From Arcobacteraceae bacterium (GTDB lineage Bacteria; Campylobacterota; Campylobacteria; Campylobacterales; Arcobacteraceae), in NCBI GenBank assembly GCA_028375605.1, contig JAONGR010000002.1, positions 4,085 to 68,084 on the forward strand: a DNA stretch of 64,000 nt, given 5' to 3'. A model generated the notes under the pieces. That model was not told where the DNA came from. It did not search any database and worked only from the letters and a program-made list of their open reading frames with translations. Below, piece by piece: positions 9,461 through 19,207 of this stretch; position 1 is the first letter of the stretch; each line of letters opens with the position of its first letter. The position numbers were made by a program, and so were the translations under genes.

Positions 9461-9862
9461 TTATAAATTTATTAAAAAATTATCTATAAGTGATTGTATT
9501 TGAAGTTTATCTTGTGCTTCTATTATAAAATGGCTTTTTAGTGAATCTTCTGATACATCGCCTAAAAGTATATTATCATTACTATTTTTAAAAAGATGTA
9601 CTTTTGTACTAGAGACTCCACCTATAGAGATTTTTAAAGCTTTGTTATTTAGTTTTTTTAAGTATCTTGAACCTCTCGAAAATCCAATATATATTTTTGC
9701 TTTTGGAATATTAAGTTGTGATATATTATTTTGTTCTGAATCCATTATTGTATAAGTGTATTTATTTATAAGGCTTGTTATGGTTTGGTTTATTTGTTCA
9801 TGTTGTTTTGAAGTACCAGAATTAGGATTACCTTTAAAGTATACAATATCAAATTGACTCAT
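9461..9862 (-). CDS. Small hypothetical protein with GxSxG (GFSRG) nucleophile-elbow motif
   Basis: IYIGFSRGS and a C-terminal His (SHF); only 133 aa. Confidence 0.6.
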   Translation of the reverse strand: MSQFDIVYFKGNPNSGTSKQHEQINQTITSLINKYTYTIMDSEQNNISQLNIPKAKIYIGFSRGSRYLKKLNNKALKISIGGVSSTKVHLFKNSNDNILLGDVSEDSLKSHFIIEAQDKLQIQSLIDNFLINL

Positions 9863-10221
9863 TACTGTAGATATTCCTGAACACTTTTTGCTATCTGCTC
9901 AGGTGTTTTTGTACCAAGTTCACGCTCTATTATATCATCATCTTTGAAATATATCAAAGTAGGTATTACTCTTACGCTAAACTCTTTTGCTAAACTTATT
10001 TCTTCTTCTATATCTATCTTATAAATAACCACATCTTGTTTTTTATTTTCATTGTATTCTATTAAACTTTCTACTAAATCTTTGCATGTTCTACATGATT
10101 TTGAATAAAAATCTAGTATTACTTTTTTATTTAAAGTCTTTTCTTCAAAATTTTCTTGTGTAAGTTTTTCAAAACTAAAAAGAGCAGAGATAGATAAAAG
10201 TGTAAATAGTACTAGTTTCAT
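9862..10221 (-). CDS. Exported thioredoxin-family protein
   Basis: Signal peptide; ILDFYSKSCRTC active site; cis-Pro motif VIPTL. Confidence 0.85.
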   Translation of the reverse strand: MKLVLFTLLSISALFSFEKLTQENFEEKTLNKKVILDFYSKSCRTCKDLVESLIEYNENKKQDVVIYKIDIEEEISLAKEFSVRVIPTLIYFKDDDIIERELGTKTPEQIAKSVQEYLQ

Positions 10222-10236
10222 TGTTTTATTTCCTTT

Positions 10237-10659
10237 TTAAATAAATCTATTTTTTAAATTATCACTGGGCATCATACATGAGTCTTTTTTCCCGAAGAGA
10301 TTATATCTATTTTTTGATATAAAAGTATAGCAATAATCACGAAAAGACAAAGGCAAAATTCTAAATATCCCAAAAAAATACCAAAATCCAGATAAATCTT
10401 TGATGATTTCAAATACCGCTTCACTTTTTAGGTAATATTTATCATCTTTTATTAAAACCAATGTATCCAAAGTAATATCAGATAAATTGTATTTTTCCAA
10501 TATCTCTTGTGTTTTAGCACTTTGATTTGGAGTAAATAAAAAATGGGTATTAGGGTCTCTTTTGATGATGAAATTTACAGATTTATTGCAAAAGTTACAA
10601 ACTCCATCAAAGATGATAATTGAGTGTTTCAAAGTGTTTTTATTAGTCGTTATTTCCAA
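10237..10659 (-). CDS. DCC1-like thiol-disulfide oxidoreductase (YuxK/DUF393)
   Basis: IIFDGVCNFCN...RD...NRY.LFGK.DSC; the start may be the later TTG at 10632. Confidence 0.9.
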   Translation of the reverse strand: MEITTNKNTLKHSIIIFDGVCNFCNKSVNFIIKRDPNTHFLFTPNQSAKTQEILEKYNLSDITLDTLVLIKDDKYYLKSEAVFEIIKDLSGFWYFFGIFRILPLSFRDYCYTFISKNRYNLFGKKDSCMMPSDNLKNRFI

Positions 10660-11093
10660 GATTGTATTTCTATAATATTGCCTTCTGGATCACGAAAATA
10701 AGTAAATTTTAAAATTCCTACACCTTCAATTTTATTTTCAATAACTTCTCCAAGTTTACTAGCATTATGTTCTAAAGCTTTTTTAAGTATTACATCAACA
10801 TCATCCACTTCAAATGCGATGTGTGTAAATCCTATATGATTTGCCATAACGGGTTTATTTGTTATAAACTCATCATAACTAAAAATCTCTAGAGTTGGTG
10901 AATTTTCATCATATCCTGGCAAAGATAAGTGCATACCAAATTGTCTTGCATTTTGAAGTCCTGTCGCTTTATCTAGCCATTCACCTTTTAAGTCTCTTTT
11001 AGGTGGTTTTGGTTTACAGTCAAAAACATTTATATAAAAATCTGCTAATGTTTCCCAGTTTCTTGCTGCAATATTCGTGTGTGCAAATCGCAT
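10650..11093 (-). CDS. VOC/glyoxalase family protein
   Basis: HTNI...FY..VF, LEIF, GFTHIAFEVDD and YFRDPEGNIIEI motifs. Confidence 0.9.
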   Translation of the reverse strand: MRFAHTNIAARNWETLADFYINVFDCKPKPPKRDLKGEWLDKATGLQNARQFGMHLSLPGYDENSPTLEIFSYDEFITNKPVMANHIGFTHIAFEVDDVDVILKKALEHNASKLGEVIENKIEGVGILKFTYFRDPEGNIIEIQSWK

Positions 11094-11193
11094 AATTATT
11101 TCCTTCTATTGTGATTTTATTTATACAATATCATTGTATCAAATTTTAATGAAAATGAAATCAAAATCTATTTTATATTTCTAAACAACTTTT

Positions 11194-11202
11194 TGCTATA
11201 AT
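11194..11202 (+). promoter_or_regulatory. Extended -10 promoter of the hemL operon (TGCTATAAT)
   Basis: Perfect TGnTATAAT 28 nt upstream of hemL. Confidence 0.65.
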
Positions 11203-11229
11203 AATTAAAATATAATAATACATAGGATA

Positions 11230-12513
11230 ATGATGTTTGATAAAAGTATAAAAGCATATGAAGAAGCAAAATGTGTGATTCCTGGTGGAGTTGATTCTCC
11301 AGTTAGAGCATTTAGTGGAGCACTTGGTACTCCCCCGTTTATAGCAAAAGGTGAGGGTAGTTATCTTATAGATGTTGATGGAAATAAATATTTAGATTTT
11401 ATCCAAAGTTGGGGACCACTTATTTTTGGACATTGCGATAAAGATATAGAAAATGTAGTTTTAGAAACTGTTAAAAATGGTCTTTCTTTTGGTGCACCTA
11501 CAGAGCTTGAAACACAACTTGCAAGTGAAATCATTGATATGTATGATAACTTAGATAAAGTTAGATTTGTAAGTTCTGGTACGGAAGCTGTTATGTCTGC
11601 TATTAGATTGGCTCGTGGAGTTACAGGTAGAGATGATATTCTTAAATTTGAAGGTTGTTATCATGGACATAGTGATTCACTTTTAGTATCTGCTGGAAGT
11701 GGTATGGCTACATTTGGAGCACCAAGTTCTCCTGGAGTTCCTGCTGATTTAACTAAACATACTTTATTGGCTGAGTTTAATAATATAGCACAATTAGAAA
11801 AGTGTTTTGAACAGTCTTCTGATATAGCTTGTATTATTGTAGAACCAGTGGCTGGAAATATGGGGTTAGTGCCTGCTTCAGAAGAGTTTTTAGCAAAATG
11901 TAGAGAACTATGTGACAAACATGGAACAATGTTGATTTTTGATGAAGTTATGAGTGGATTTAGAGCATCTTTAACAGGAGCTTCTGGAATTGTAGAAACA
12001 GTACCTGATATCGTGACTTTTGGAAAGGTTATTGGTGCAGGTATGCCTGTTGGGGCTTTCGCATCACGAAATGAAATTATGGCACAGCTAAGTCCTGAAG
12101 GTAAAATATACCAAGCTGGAACACTAAGTGGAAATCCTGTAGCTATGGCAGCTGGATTAAAATCTTTACAAAAAATAAAAGCAGATGTAACTATTTATGA
12201 TAGATTAAATGCAAAAGCTGTAAGACTTACTACTGGTTTAAAAGAAGTTGCTACAAAAAATAATATTCCTTTACAAGTAGACACAAGAGGAAGTATGTTT
12301 GGATTTTTCTTTAATGATACGAAACCAACAAACATGAAAGAAGTTGCTACTAGTGATTTTGATAGATTTGCAAAATTTCATCATGAAATGATTAAAAAAG
12401 GTTTTTATTTTGCTTGTAGTCAATATGAAACAGGTTTTATATGTGACACAATGACAAATGAAGAGATAGATGCAACTATTAAAGCTGCCGATGAAGTTAT
12501 GGCAACTTTATAA
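11230..12513 (+). CDS. hemL: Glutamate-1-semialdehyde 2,1-aminomutase
   Basis: [44 protein letters not shown] and [10 protein letters not shown] motifs. Confidence 0.97.
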   Translation: MMFDKSIKAYEEAKCVIPGGVDSPVRAFSGALGTPPFIAKGEGSYLIDVDGNKYLDFIQSWGPLIFGHCDKDIENVVLETVKNGLSFGAPTELETQLASEIIDMYDNLDKVRFVSSGTEAVMSAIRLARGVTGRDDILKFEGCYHGHSDSLLVSAGSGMATFGAPSSPGVPADLTKHTLLAEFNNIAQLEKCFEQSSDIACIIVEPVAGNMGLVPASEEFLAKCRELCDKHGTMLIFDEVMSGFRASLTGASGIVETVPDIVTFGKVIGAGMPVGAFASRNEIMAQLSPEGKIYQAGTLSGNPVAMAAGLKSLQKIKADVTIYDRLNAKAVRLTTGLKEVATKNNIPLQVDTRGSMFGFFFNDTKPTNMKEVATSDFDRFAKFHHEMIKKGFYFACSQYETGFICDTMTNEEIDATIKAADEVMATL

Positions 12514-12554
12514 ATATAAATTAGAATAAATTAATTAAATAAAAGGAAAACAAA

Positions 12555-13172
12555 ATGATTAAACATATAGTATTTTTTAAACTATCAGAAGAGGGTATGA
12601 AACAACAAGATGTAATAGTAGAGATGTTAAACGATTTAAAATGTTCTATTCCTTATATTAGAGCATTAGAAGTTGGTGTAAACTTTGCAGATGAAGAAAG
12701 AGCATTTGATTTATCTTTAACAGTTGTTCTGGATGATAAAGAAGCGTTATTTAATTATGCTATTGATGATAAACATGTTGAGTTTGTAACATTTGTAAAA
12801 TCTTTAGATACACACACAAAAGTTGTTGATTATGAGATAGAAAAAGAAAAACCTACTACAGAATTTGGAAATGCGAGTATCATTAAAAAAGCAAATATAT
12901 ATTTTGAAGGTAATGTTACAAGTAGAACAGTTATTCAAGAAAATGGTGAGAGAAAAACACTTGGGATTATGATGCCTGGTAACTATACATTTGGTACTGA
13001 AGATGCAGAACATATGGAGATCATTGCGGGACATGTTGAAGTAGAGATCAAAGGTGAAGAGGGAAATATGGAAATAATCAAAGGTGGAAGTTATTTTGAA
13101 GTACCTGCAAATTCTAGTTTTGATATCAAAGTATTAGAGCCAACAGATTACTGTTGTACATATATAAAATAG
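12555..13172 (+). CDS. ppnP: Dabb-domain / pyrimidine-purine nucleoside phosphorylase (PpnP, DUF1255) fusion
   Basis: N-half MIKHIVFFKL...LEVG.N...FDL.L...H..F...VVDYE (Dabb); C-half KKANIYFEGNVTSR...KTLGIMMPGNYTFGT..E.MEII.G...FEVPANSSF...DYCC.Y (PpnP). Confidence 0.85.
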   Translation: MIKHIVFFKLSEEGMKQQDVIVEMLNDLKCSIPYIRALEVGVNFADEERAFDLSLTVVLDDKEALFNYAIDDKHVEFVTFVKSLDTHTKVVDYEIEKEKPTTEFGNASIIKKANIYFEGNVTSRTVIQENGERKTLGIMMPGNYTFGTEDAEHMEIIAGHVEVEIKGEEGNMEIIKGGSYFEVPANSSFDIKVLEPTDYCCTYIK

Positions 13173-13185
13173 TAAATTAGTACTA

Positions 13186-13518
13186 ATGGAAAAAGATATT
13201 AAAACAGAAGAAACAACAGCCACTGAAGTAAAAGAAGTTCCAAAGCATAAAGATAAACTGGAAGCTTTAGATAATATGTCTTTAGGTATTTCTATTGTTG
13301 TTGCTATTGCTTTAGGTGTAGGTATTGGACTTTTATTAAAGTCTTGGACTGGATATACTTGGACTTTATGGGTTGGAATTGCTTATGGTGTGGCAGCAGC
13401 TATTTTAAATGTTTATAAGGCATATAAGAGAGCAAAAAAAGGTTTAGATGAATTAGCAAAAGATCCAAAATATAAATATGCAATGGAACATGGTATAAAT
13501 AAAGAAGCCGATGATTAA
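13186..13518 (+). CDS. AtpZ/AtpI family protein
   Basis: SLGISIVVAIALGVGIG...GVAAAILNVYKAYK, two TMs; usual hemL neighbour in Campylobacterota. Confidence 0.85.
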   Translation: MEKDIKTEETTATEVKEVPKHKDKLEALDNMSLGISIVVAIALGVGIGLLLKSWTGYTWTLWVGIAYGVAAAILNVYKAYKRAKKGLDELAKDPKYKYAMEHGINKEADD

Positions 13519-14050
13519 AAAATCATTAAAAATATTTGCAATTGTTGATCTTGGAGTAATTGTATTTTGTTTATTATCTGCTCATACTGATTGGCTTCTA
13601 AATACTCAAATTGCATTTTTCTCTTCTCTTATTGTGACTATTGGTTCATATTTAGGATATCAAAAAAATGTTCAAAATAGAGTTGAAAATCATGTAAATG
13701 AAGATGATAGTTATGATGAAGTTGATAAGATGGATGATAAGTATGATTTGTATTCACCAGAAGCACCACAATTAGAGATTAATGAAGCCCCAACAAAAGA
13801 AGAGATAAAAGAGGCTATGAAACCTATAAAACAAAATCATTTTGCTAATTTTAAATCTGGTTTTGCAGGAATGGCATCTTTATATAGAATATTTGGATAT
13901 GTTGGTTTAGTAATAGGATTTTTTTATCTTAATAACAATGGTTATTTACATATTTATTCATATGTTTTAGGATTTTTGATAGTTCCAATTTCATCACTTA
14001 TAATAAGTATATCTTTAAAAAAAGAATATAATACAAAGGAAAACGTATAA
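13511..14050 (+). CDS. Conserved membrane protein
   Basis: Four TM segments with an acidic DDKYDLY loop; overlaps the atpZ-like gene. Confidence 0.75.
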   Translation: MIKKSLKIFAIVDLGVIVFCLLSAHTDWLLNTQIAFFSSLIVTIGSYLGYQKNVQNRVENHVNEDDSYDEVDKMDDKYDLYSPEAPQLEINEAPTKEEIKEAMKPIKQNHFANFKSGFAGMASLYRIFGYVGLVIGFFYLNNNGYLHIYSYVLGFLIVPISSLIISISLKKEYNTKENV

Positions 14051-14051
14051 T

Positions 14052-14915
14052 ATGAAACAATATTTAGATTTATTAGATCACATCTTAACAAAAGGTGTAA
14101 AAAAAGAAGATAGAACAGGTACTGGAACTACTTCAGTTTTTGGATATCAAATGAGATTTGATTTAAACGATGGTTTCCCGATGGTAACAACAAAAAAGAC
14201 ATTTTTAAAAGCTATCATATCTGAGTTATTATGGTTTATTGAAGGTAGTACAGATGAGAGAAGATTAGCAGAGATTCATTTTGGTGATATTGCAGCTAAC
14301 TTAATCGGTAAAAAAACTGTATGGACTGCAAATGCAGATGCCCAAGGGAAAGATTTAGGTTATGTAAACACTGATACAGTAAAAGAGTTAGGTCCTGTTT
14401 ATGGTGCACAATGGCGTTCTTGGAAAGGTACTGAGGGAACTTCTATAGATCAATTATCTGAACTTATAAATCAAATCAAAACAAACCCAGACTCAAGAAG
14501 AATGATTCTTTCAGCATGGAATGTAGCAGAATTAGAAAAAATGGCACTTCCTCCATGTCATACTTTTTTTCAGTTTTATGTAGCCAATGGAAAATTATCT
14601 TGTCAATTATACCAAAGAAGCGCCGATGTATTTTTAGGTGTTCCTTTTAATATCGCTTCTTATGCATTACTTACTATGATGATAGCTCAAGTGTGTGATC
14701 TTGAAGTAGGGGATTTTGTTCATACTTTTGGTGATGCACATATTTACTCTAATCATTATGATCAAGTAAATTTACAGCTCTCTCGTAAACCATTTAAAAT
14801 ACCAACTATGAAAATAAATCCAAATATTAGAAACATAGAAGATTTTACAATGGAAGATTTTGAGTTAGTTGGTTATGAATGCCATGAATCAATCAAAGCT
14901 AAAATGGCAGTTTAA
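14052..14915 (+). CDS. thyA: Thymidylate synthase ThyA
   Basis: [46 protein letters not shown] and GDAHIYSNH motifs. Confidence 0.97.
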   Translation: MKQYLDLLDHILTKGVKKEDRTGTGTTSVFGYQMRFDLNDGFPMVTTKKTFLKAIISELLWFIEGSTDERRLAEIHFGDIAANLIGKKTVWTANADAQGKDLGYVNTDTVKELGPVYGAQWRSWKGTEGTSIDQLSELINQIKTNPDSRRMILSAWNVAELEKMALPPCHTFFQFYVANGKLSCQLYQRSADVFLGVPFNIASYALLTMMIAQVCDLEVGDFVHTFGDAHIYSNHYDQVNLQLSRKPFKIPTMKINPNIRNIEDFTMEDFELVGYECHESIKAKMAV

Positions 14916-14926
14916 AGGTAAATAGT

Positions 14927-15430
14927 ATGAAAATTTCAATGATTGTAGCTTATGGAAAAAATTGGGAAATTGGGCTAGATAATCAAATGTTATGGCATAT
15001 ATCTGAAGATTTTAAGAATTTCAAAACCATAACATCTGGACATCATATTTTGATGGGGCGTAAAACATTCGAATCGATAGGAAAACCACTTCCAAATAGA
15101 ACTTCAATAGTATTATCAAACAGTGGATTTGAGTGTGATGGTGTATATACTTTTAACGATATTCAAGAGTCTATAAACTTCGCTCGAGAATCAGGAGAAG
15201 AGGAATTATTTATAATAGGTGGTGCTAATATTTATGAAACTATGTTTCCTTATGTTGATAAAATGTATTTATCAGAAGTAAACTTCGATGGTAAAGCTGA
15301 TGCTTTTTTAAAAAAGATTGATTTTAGTACTTGGGACTTAACTGAAAAAAAAGAATACGACGCAATTATAGTAGATGAAAAAATAAAAAGTCCTGCTTGG
15401 AAATTTAAAGTGTGGATTAAAAAAGATTAA
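14927..15430 (+). CDS. folA: Dihydrofolate reductase
   Basis: IG.DNQMLWH..EDF..FK, MGRKTFESIGKPLPNR and FIIGGANIY motifs. Confidence 0.95.
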   Translation: MKISMIVAYGKNWEIGLDNQMLWHISEDFKNFKTITSGHHILMGRKTFESIGKPLPNRTSIVLSNSGFECDGVYTFNDIQESINFARESGEEELFIIGGANIYETMFPYVDKMYLSEVNFDGKADAFLKKIDFSTWDLTEKKEYDAIIVDEKIKSPAWKFKVWIKKD

Positions 15431-15432
15431 TT

Positions 15433-16563
15433 GTGAATATTAATTATAATCACAATAAACTAGAAAGGTTCATACCTATCACTTTTATAGAACTCGAAGA
15501 GGAAGTAAATAAGCTTCAAATTATTGACGATGATTTACTGTTAGAATTTAGTAGTAAATTAAGAAACTATTACCATAAAGAGTTTCACAGTGAACTCTTA
15601 AAGTTAAAAACAAATTATCATCCATTTAATCCTGATAGAGATACTATTACTTTAAAAACATTTTCACAAGAAGACTTACTATTAAAAGAGAAAAAGCTTC
15701 TAGGTGATATTATTCCTCTTTTAAATAGTGCAAACTACGAACAACTCACGCAAGATACTATTAATGACGCTATTGAAGAAACTTCACCTTATGGTGTAGA
15801 TGTTAGTGTAAATTTTGAAGAGTTTGATAATTTACACCTTTTTTTTAGAGGTAGTGCAATACGAGAAGAAAAACAAAGAACTCCTAAATCATTATATTTA
15901 AAAAAAGAGATAGTTAAGACAAAAATATATCGAAGACTTTTTTTGTTTTTTAAACAACAAATAGATGGGAAAGATTGTATTTATCTAAAGCTTTTTAAAG
16001 ATATACCTCAGAGTGATTTAGAGATGTTATTTCCTAATATTAAGGTAAAAATATCTCTTTTAGATAAAATAAAGTTGACTATAACTGGAGGCGGAGGTAC
16101 TGTAGCTGGAACTGCAACATTGATTGGAAAAATGGCAGCTAGTCTTGATCCTATTGCATTATTAAGTGCTCTTGGTGCATTTATAGCTATAATAGGAAGA
16201 CAAGTTACATCTATATTTACACATAGAACAAAATATATGGCAAAGTTAACTAAGAACCTTTATTTTTACAATTTAGATAATAATGCAGGTGCAATCTCAC
16301 ATATTCTAGATATGGCAGAAGATGAAGAGGTAAAAGAGGTTTTTTTAGCATATTTATTTATTCTGAAAAATAAAAAGCCTCTTTCTAAAGAAGAATTAGA
16401 TAGTAATATTGAAGAATTTATTCAACATACTTTTAATATTCCAATGGATTTTGAGATAGAAGATGCCTTAGATAAACTAATCAAACTACGGTTGGTTATT
16501 CATAATAAAAACATAGATAAAATTCACGCTGTAACTATAACGGAAGCTTTAACTATCTTATGA
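15433..16563 (+). CDS. TMEM143/DUF3754 family protein
   Basis: ERFIP, YHPFNPD.D, LKLFKDIPQSDLEMLFP, LYFYNLDNNAG, EDEEVKE..LAY and DFEIEDAL.KL motifs. Confidence 0.85.
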   Translation: MNINYNHNKLERFIPITFIELEEEVNKLQIIDDDLLLEFSSKLRNYYHKEFHSELLKLKTNYHPFNPDRDTITLKTFSQEDLLLKEKKLLGDIIPLLNSANYEQLTQDTINDAIEETSPYGVDVSVNFEEFDNLHLFFRGSAIREEKQRTPKSLYLKKEIVKTKIYRRLFLFFKQQIDGKDCIYLKLFKDIPQSDLEMLFPNIKVKISLLDKIKLTITGGGGTVAGTATLIGKMAASLDPIALLSALGAFIAIIGRQVTSIFTHRTKYMAKLTKNLYFYNLDNNAGAISHILDMAEDEEVKEVFLAYLFILKNKKPLSKEELDSNIEEFIQHTFNIPMDFEIEDALDKLIKLRLVIHNKNIDKIHAVTITEALTIL

Positions 16564-16605
16564 AATAAGAATTTATAATATAGAAAATTGTATTAACTAA
16601 TATCT

Positions 16606-16640
16606 AAAAGAGACTAAATTATTATTTAGTCTCTTTTTTT
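16606..16640. terminator. Rho-independent terminator between the convergent TMEM143-like gene and topA
   Basis: Perfect 14-bp inverted repeat AAAAGAGACTAAAT-TATT-ATTTAGTCTCTTTT followed by a T-run; the right arm lies in the last codons of topA. Confidence 0.75.
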
Positions 16641-19048
16641 ATGGAAGTAGTTTTTTTAGCTGTGGTTGTCTTTTTTACAGCTGGTTTTTTAGTTGCAGTT
16701 GTAGCTTTTTTCTTAGCTGGTGCTTTTTTAGCTGTCGTAGATTTTTTTGCTGGTGCTTTTTTGGCTGTAGCTCCACGTCTACCTTTTACAGGTTGATTTT
16801 TAATGATCTCTTTTACTTCGTCCCAATTTAAAGCTCTGATATCTTGTTCATCTAACTCTTTTGGTAATTTATAGTTTTTCTTTTTAGATTTAATATATGG
16901 ACCATATCTTCCTATTAAGATTTGAGTCTCTTCCTCTGGAAAATCTTTTAAAAGTGCTTTTGCTTTTATCTCTTTAAGTTCTTTTATCACTTCTAAGGCA
17001 CGAGGTAACTCTACTGTGTAAGGATCATCTTCTTTTAAAGAAAAATATTCAGATTTGATTTGTAAATATGGACCAAATCGACCTATATTTACTTTAATGT
17101 CATTCTCATTTTCATCTTGACCTAAAACTTTTGGAAGTTGTAGTAACACAAGTGATTCTTCTAATGTAATACTATTTACACTGATAGTATTTGGGATAGA
17201 AGCAATTTTTGGTTTCTCTTCATCTTCTTTTGTTCCACACTGTACATATGGTCCATATTGTCCAACTCTAGCAGTAATAGGTTTATTTAACTCTGGATGA
17301 TCACCTAATTCTCTTATGTCTGAAAATTTAGCACGAGGCGCATTTTCTGTTTTATCATCAACATTTTTAACAAATGGCTCATAAAACTCTTTCATAACAT
17401 CTTGCCATGCCATTTCACCATCTGCAATTTTATCAAACTCTTCTTCTACATGAGCTGTAAATCCAAGACTCACGATATCATCAAAATGTTCAACCAGAAA
17501 ATCATTAACAACTGTACCGATTAACGTAGGTTTTAGTTTTTTGTCTTCTGTTTTGATAACATACTCTCTAGCTTGAATAGTTGCGATTGTTGGAGCGTAT
17601 GTAGAAGGTCGTCCGATACCTTCAGCTTCCATTTTTTTAACTAAAGAAGCTTCAGTATATCTTGCAGGTGGTTTAGTAAAGTTTTGCTCAGTAATAAGTT
17701 TTTCAAGATTTAATATTGTACCTTTTTCTATTGTAGGTAAAATCTTTTCTGTATTATCTAATGCAGCTTCAGGGTCATCACTACCTTCTGTATATGATTT
17801 CATAAATCCTGCAAACACTATTCTAGTACCTTTTGATTGAAATTCATATTCTTTATTTTTTCCTGCAGTAATTTTATATGTAGTATTAGCTACAACTGCT
17901 TGTGCCATTTGAGTGGCAATTGTTCTTTTCCAAATAAGACTATAGAGTCTATATTGACTATGGTCTAAATAATCCCTAACATCACTAGGTTTAAGAGCTA
18001 AATTAACTGGACGTATTGCTTCATGGGCTTCTTGAGCACCTTTTGCTTTGCTTTTATAATGTCTTGGTTTTGCAAGCGCATATTCATTTCCGTATTCAGA
18101 TGTAATAACTTCTTTAGCTGCACTTGTAGCAAAAGAAGATAAGTTTACACTATCTGTTCTCATATATGTAATAAGACCACCAGTATGACCTGGAATTGTC
18201 ACACTTCCTTCATAGAGTTGTTGCGCTACTATCATAGTCTGTTTTACACCAAAACCAGCTTTTCTACTTGCTTCTTGTTGTAAAGTTGATGTTGTAAAAG
18301 GAGGAGCAGGATTTCTTTTACTCTCTTTTTCTTCAATATCTTCAAGTACATATTGACCTTGTTTACATGAATCTTCAATGATTTTTGCTTCTGCTTCATT
18401 GTTTATTTTTGCTAGTTTATTATTGATTTTTGCTAAGTCTGCTTTTAATTCTGGAGTATTAAATTCTGTTTTAACTTTCCAAAATTCTATAGGGATAAAA
18501 GCTTCAATCTCTTTTTCTCTATCGACTAAAATTCTTACAGCAACGCTTTGTACTCGTCCAGCACTTAAACCATATCTCACTTTTTTCCAAATTAGAGGTG
18601 ATAGTTTATATCCAACAGCTCTATCTAAAATTCTTCTGGCTTGTTGAGCATCAACTAGGTTTTGGTCTACATCTCTAGGACTTTCTAAGGCAGTTAAAAT
18701 TGCTTTTTCTGTGATTTCGTGAAAAACGATTCTTTTTAATGGGTTTTTTTCTATTTTAAGTGCAGGGATAAGATGCCAGGCAATTGCTTCTCCCTCCCTA
18801 TCCTCATCGGCCGCGAGGTAAATAACAGTGTCTTTATTGATTTTTTTCTTCAAATCTGCGATAACTTTACTTTTATCTCTAGAAACCATATACTGAGGTT
18901 TAAAGTTATCTTCAGGATCAAATCCCAATTTTGATTTAGGAAGATCTCTTACATGACCCATAGATGCCATAACTGTATAGTCTGATCCTAAAAATTTTGA
19001 TATAGTTCGAGCTTTCGCTGGTGACTCCACTATCACTAAGTTTTTCAT
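16622..19048 (-). CDS. topA: Type IA DNA topoisomerase I with Topo_C repeats and Lys/Ala-rich tail
   Basis: LVIVESPAKA, DEDREGE, SAGRVQS, LITYMRTDS, AQEAHEAIRP and GIGRPSTY motifs; three GxYGPY/GRFGPY repeats. Confidence 0.97.
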   Translation of the reverse strand: MKNLVIVESPAKARTISKFLGSDYTVMASMGHVRDLPKSKLGFDPEDNFKPQYMVSRDKSKVIADLKKKINKDTVIYLAADEDREGEAIAWHLIPALKIEKNPLKRIVFHEITEKAILTALESPRDVDQNLVDAQQARRILDRAVGYKLSPLIWKKVRYGLSAGRVQSVAVRILVDREKEIEAFIPIEFWKVKTEFNTPELKADLAKINNKLAKINNEAEAKIIEDSCKQGQYVLEDIEEKESKRNPAPPFTTSTLQQEASRKAGFGVKQTMIVAQQLYEGSVTIPGHTGGLITYMRTDSVNLSSFATSAAKEVITSEYGNEYALAKPRHYKSKAKGAQEAHEAIRPVNLALKPSDVRDYLDHSQYRLYSLIWKRTIATQMAQAVVANTTYKITAGKNKEYEFQSKGTRIVFAGFMKSYTEGSDDPEAALDNTEKILPTIEKGTILNLEKLITEQNFTKPPARYTEASLVKKMEAEGIGRPSTYAPTIATIQAREYVIKTEDKKLKPTLIGTVVNDFLVEHFDDIVSLGFTAHVEEEFDKIADGEMAWQDVMKEFYEPFVKNVDDKTENAPRAKFSDIRELGDHPELNKPITARVGQYGPYVQCGTKEDEEKPKIASIPNTISVNSITLEESLVLLQLPKVLGQDENENDIKVNIGRFGPYLQIKSEYFSLKEDDPYTVELPRALEVIKELKEIKAKALLKDFPEEETQILIGRYGPYIKSKKKNYKLPKELDEQDIRALNWDEVKEIIKNQPVKGRRGATAKKAPAKKSTTAKKAPAKKKATTATKKPAVKKTTTAKKTTSIKKETK
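16640..16772 (-). repeat. Low-complexity AKKAPAKK/TTAKK coding repeats in the topA tail
   Basis: AKKAPAKKSTTAKKAPAKKKATTATKKPAVKKTTTAKKTT. Confidence 0.8.
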
Positions 19049-19166
19049 ACGTTGCCTTAAAATTTGTTAATTAAATATCGAATACTAACATAAAAAAATT
19101 AAATTTTATGTAATATAAGTATAAATCACTATTTAATACCACTTTAAGACTTGTTATTAAAATAAA

Positions 19167-19175
19167 TGCTATAAT
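19167..19175 (+). promoter_or_regulatory. Extended -10 promoter (TGCTATAAT)
   Basis: Perfect consensus upstream of the GTG at 19208. Confidence 0.6.
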
Positions 19176-19207
19176 AAATTAAAATATTATAATGATAAGG
19201 GAATTAG

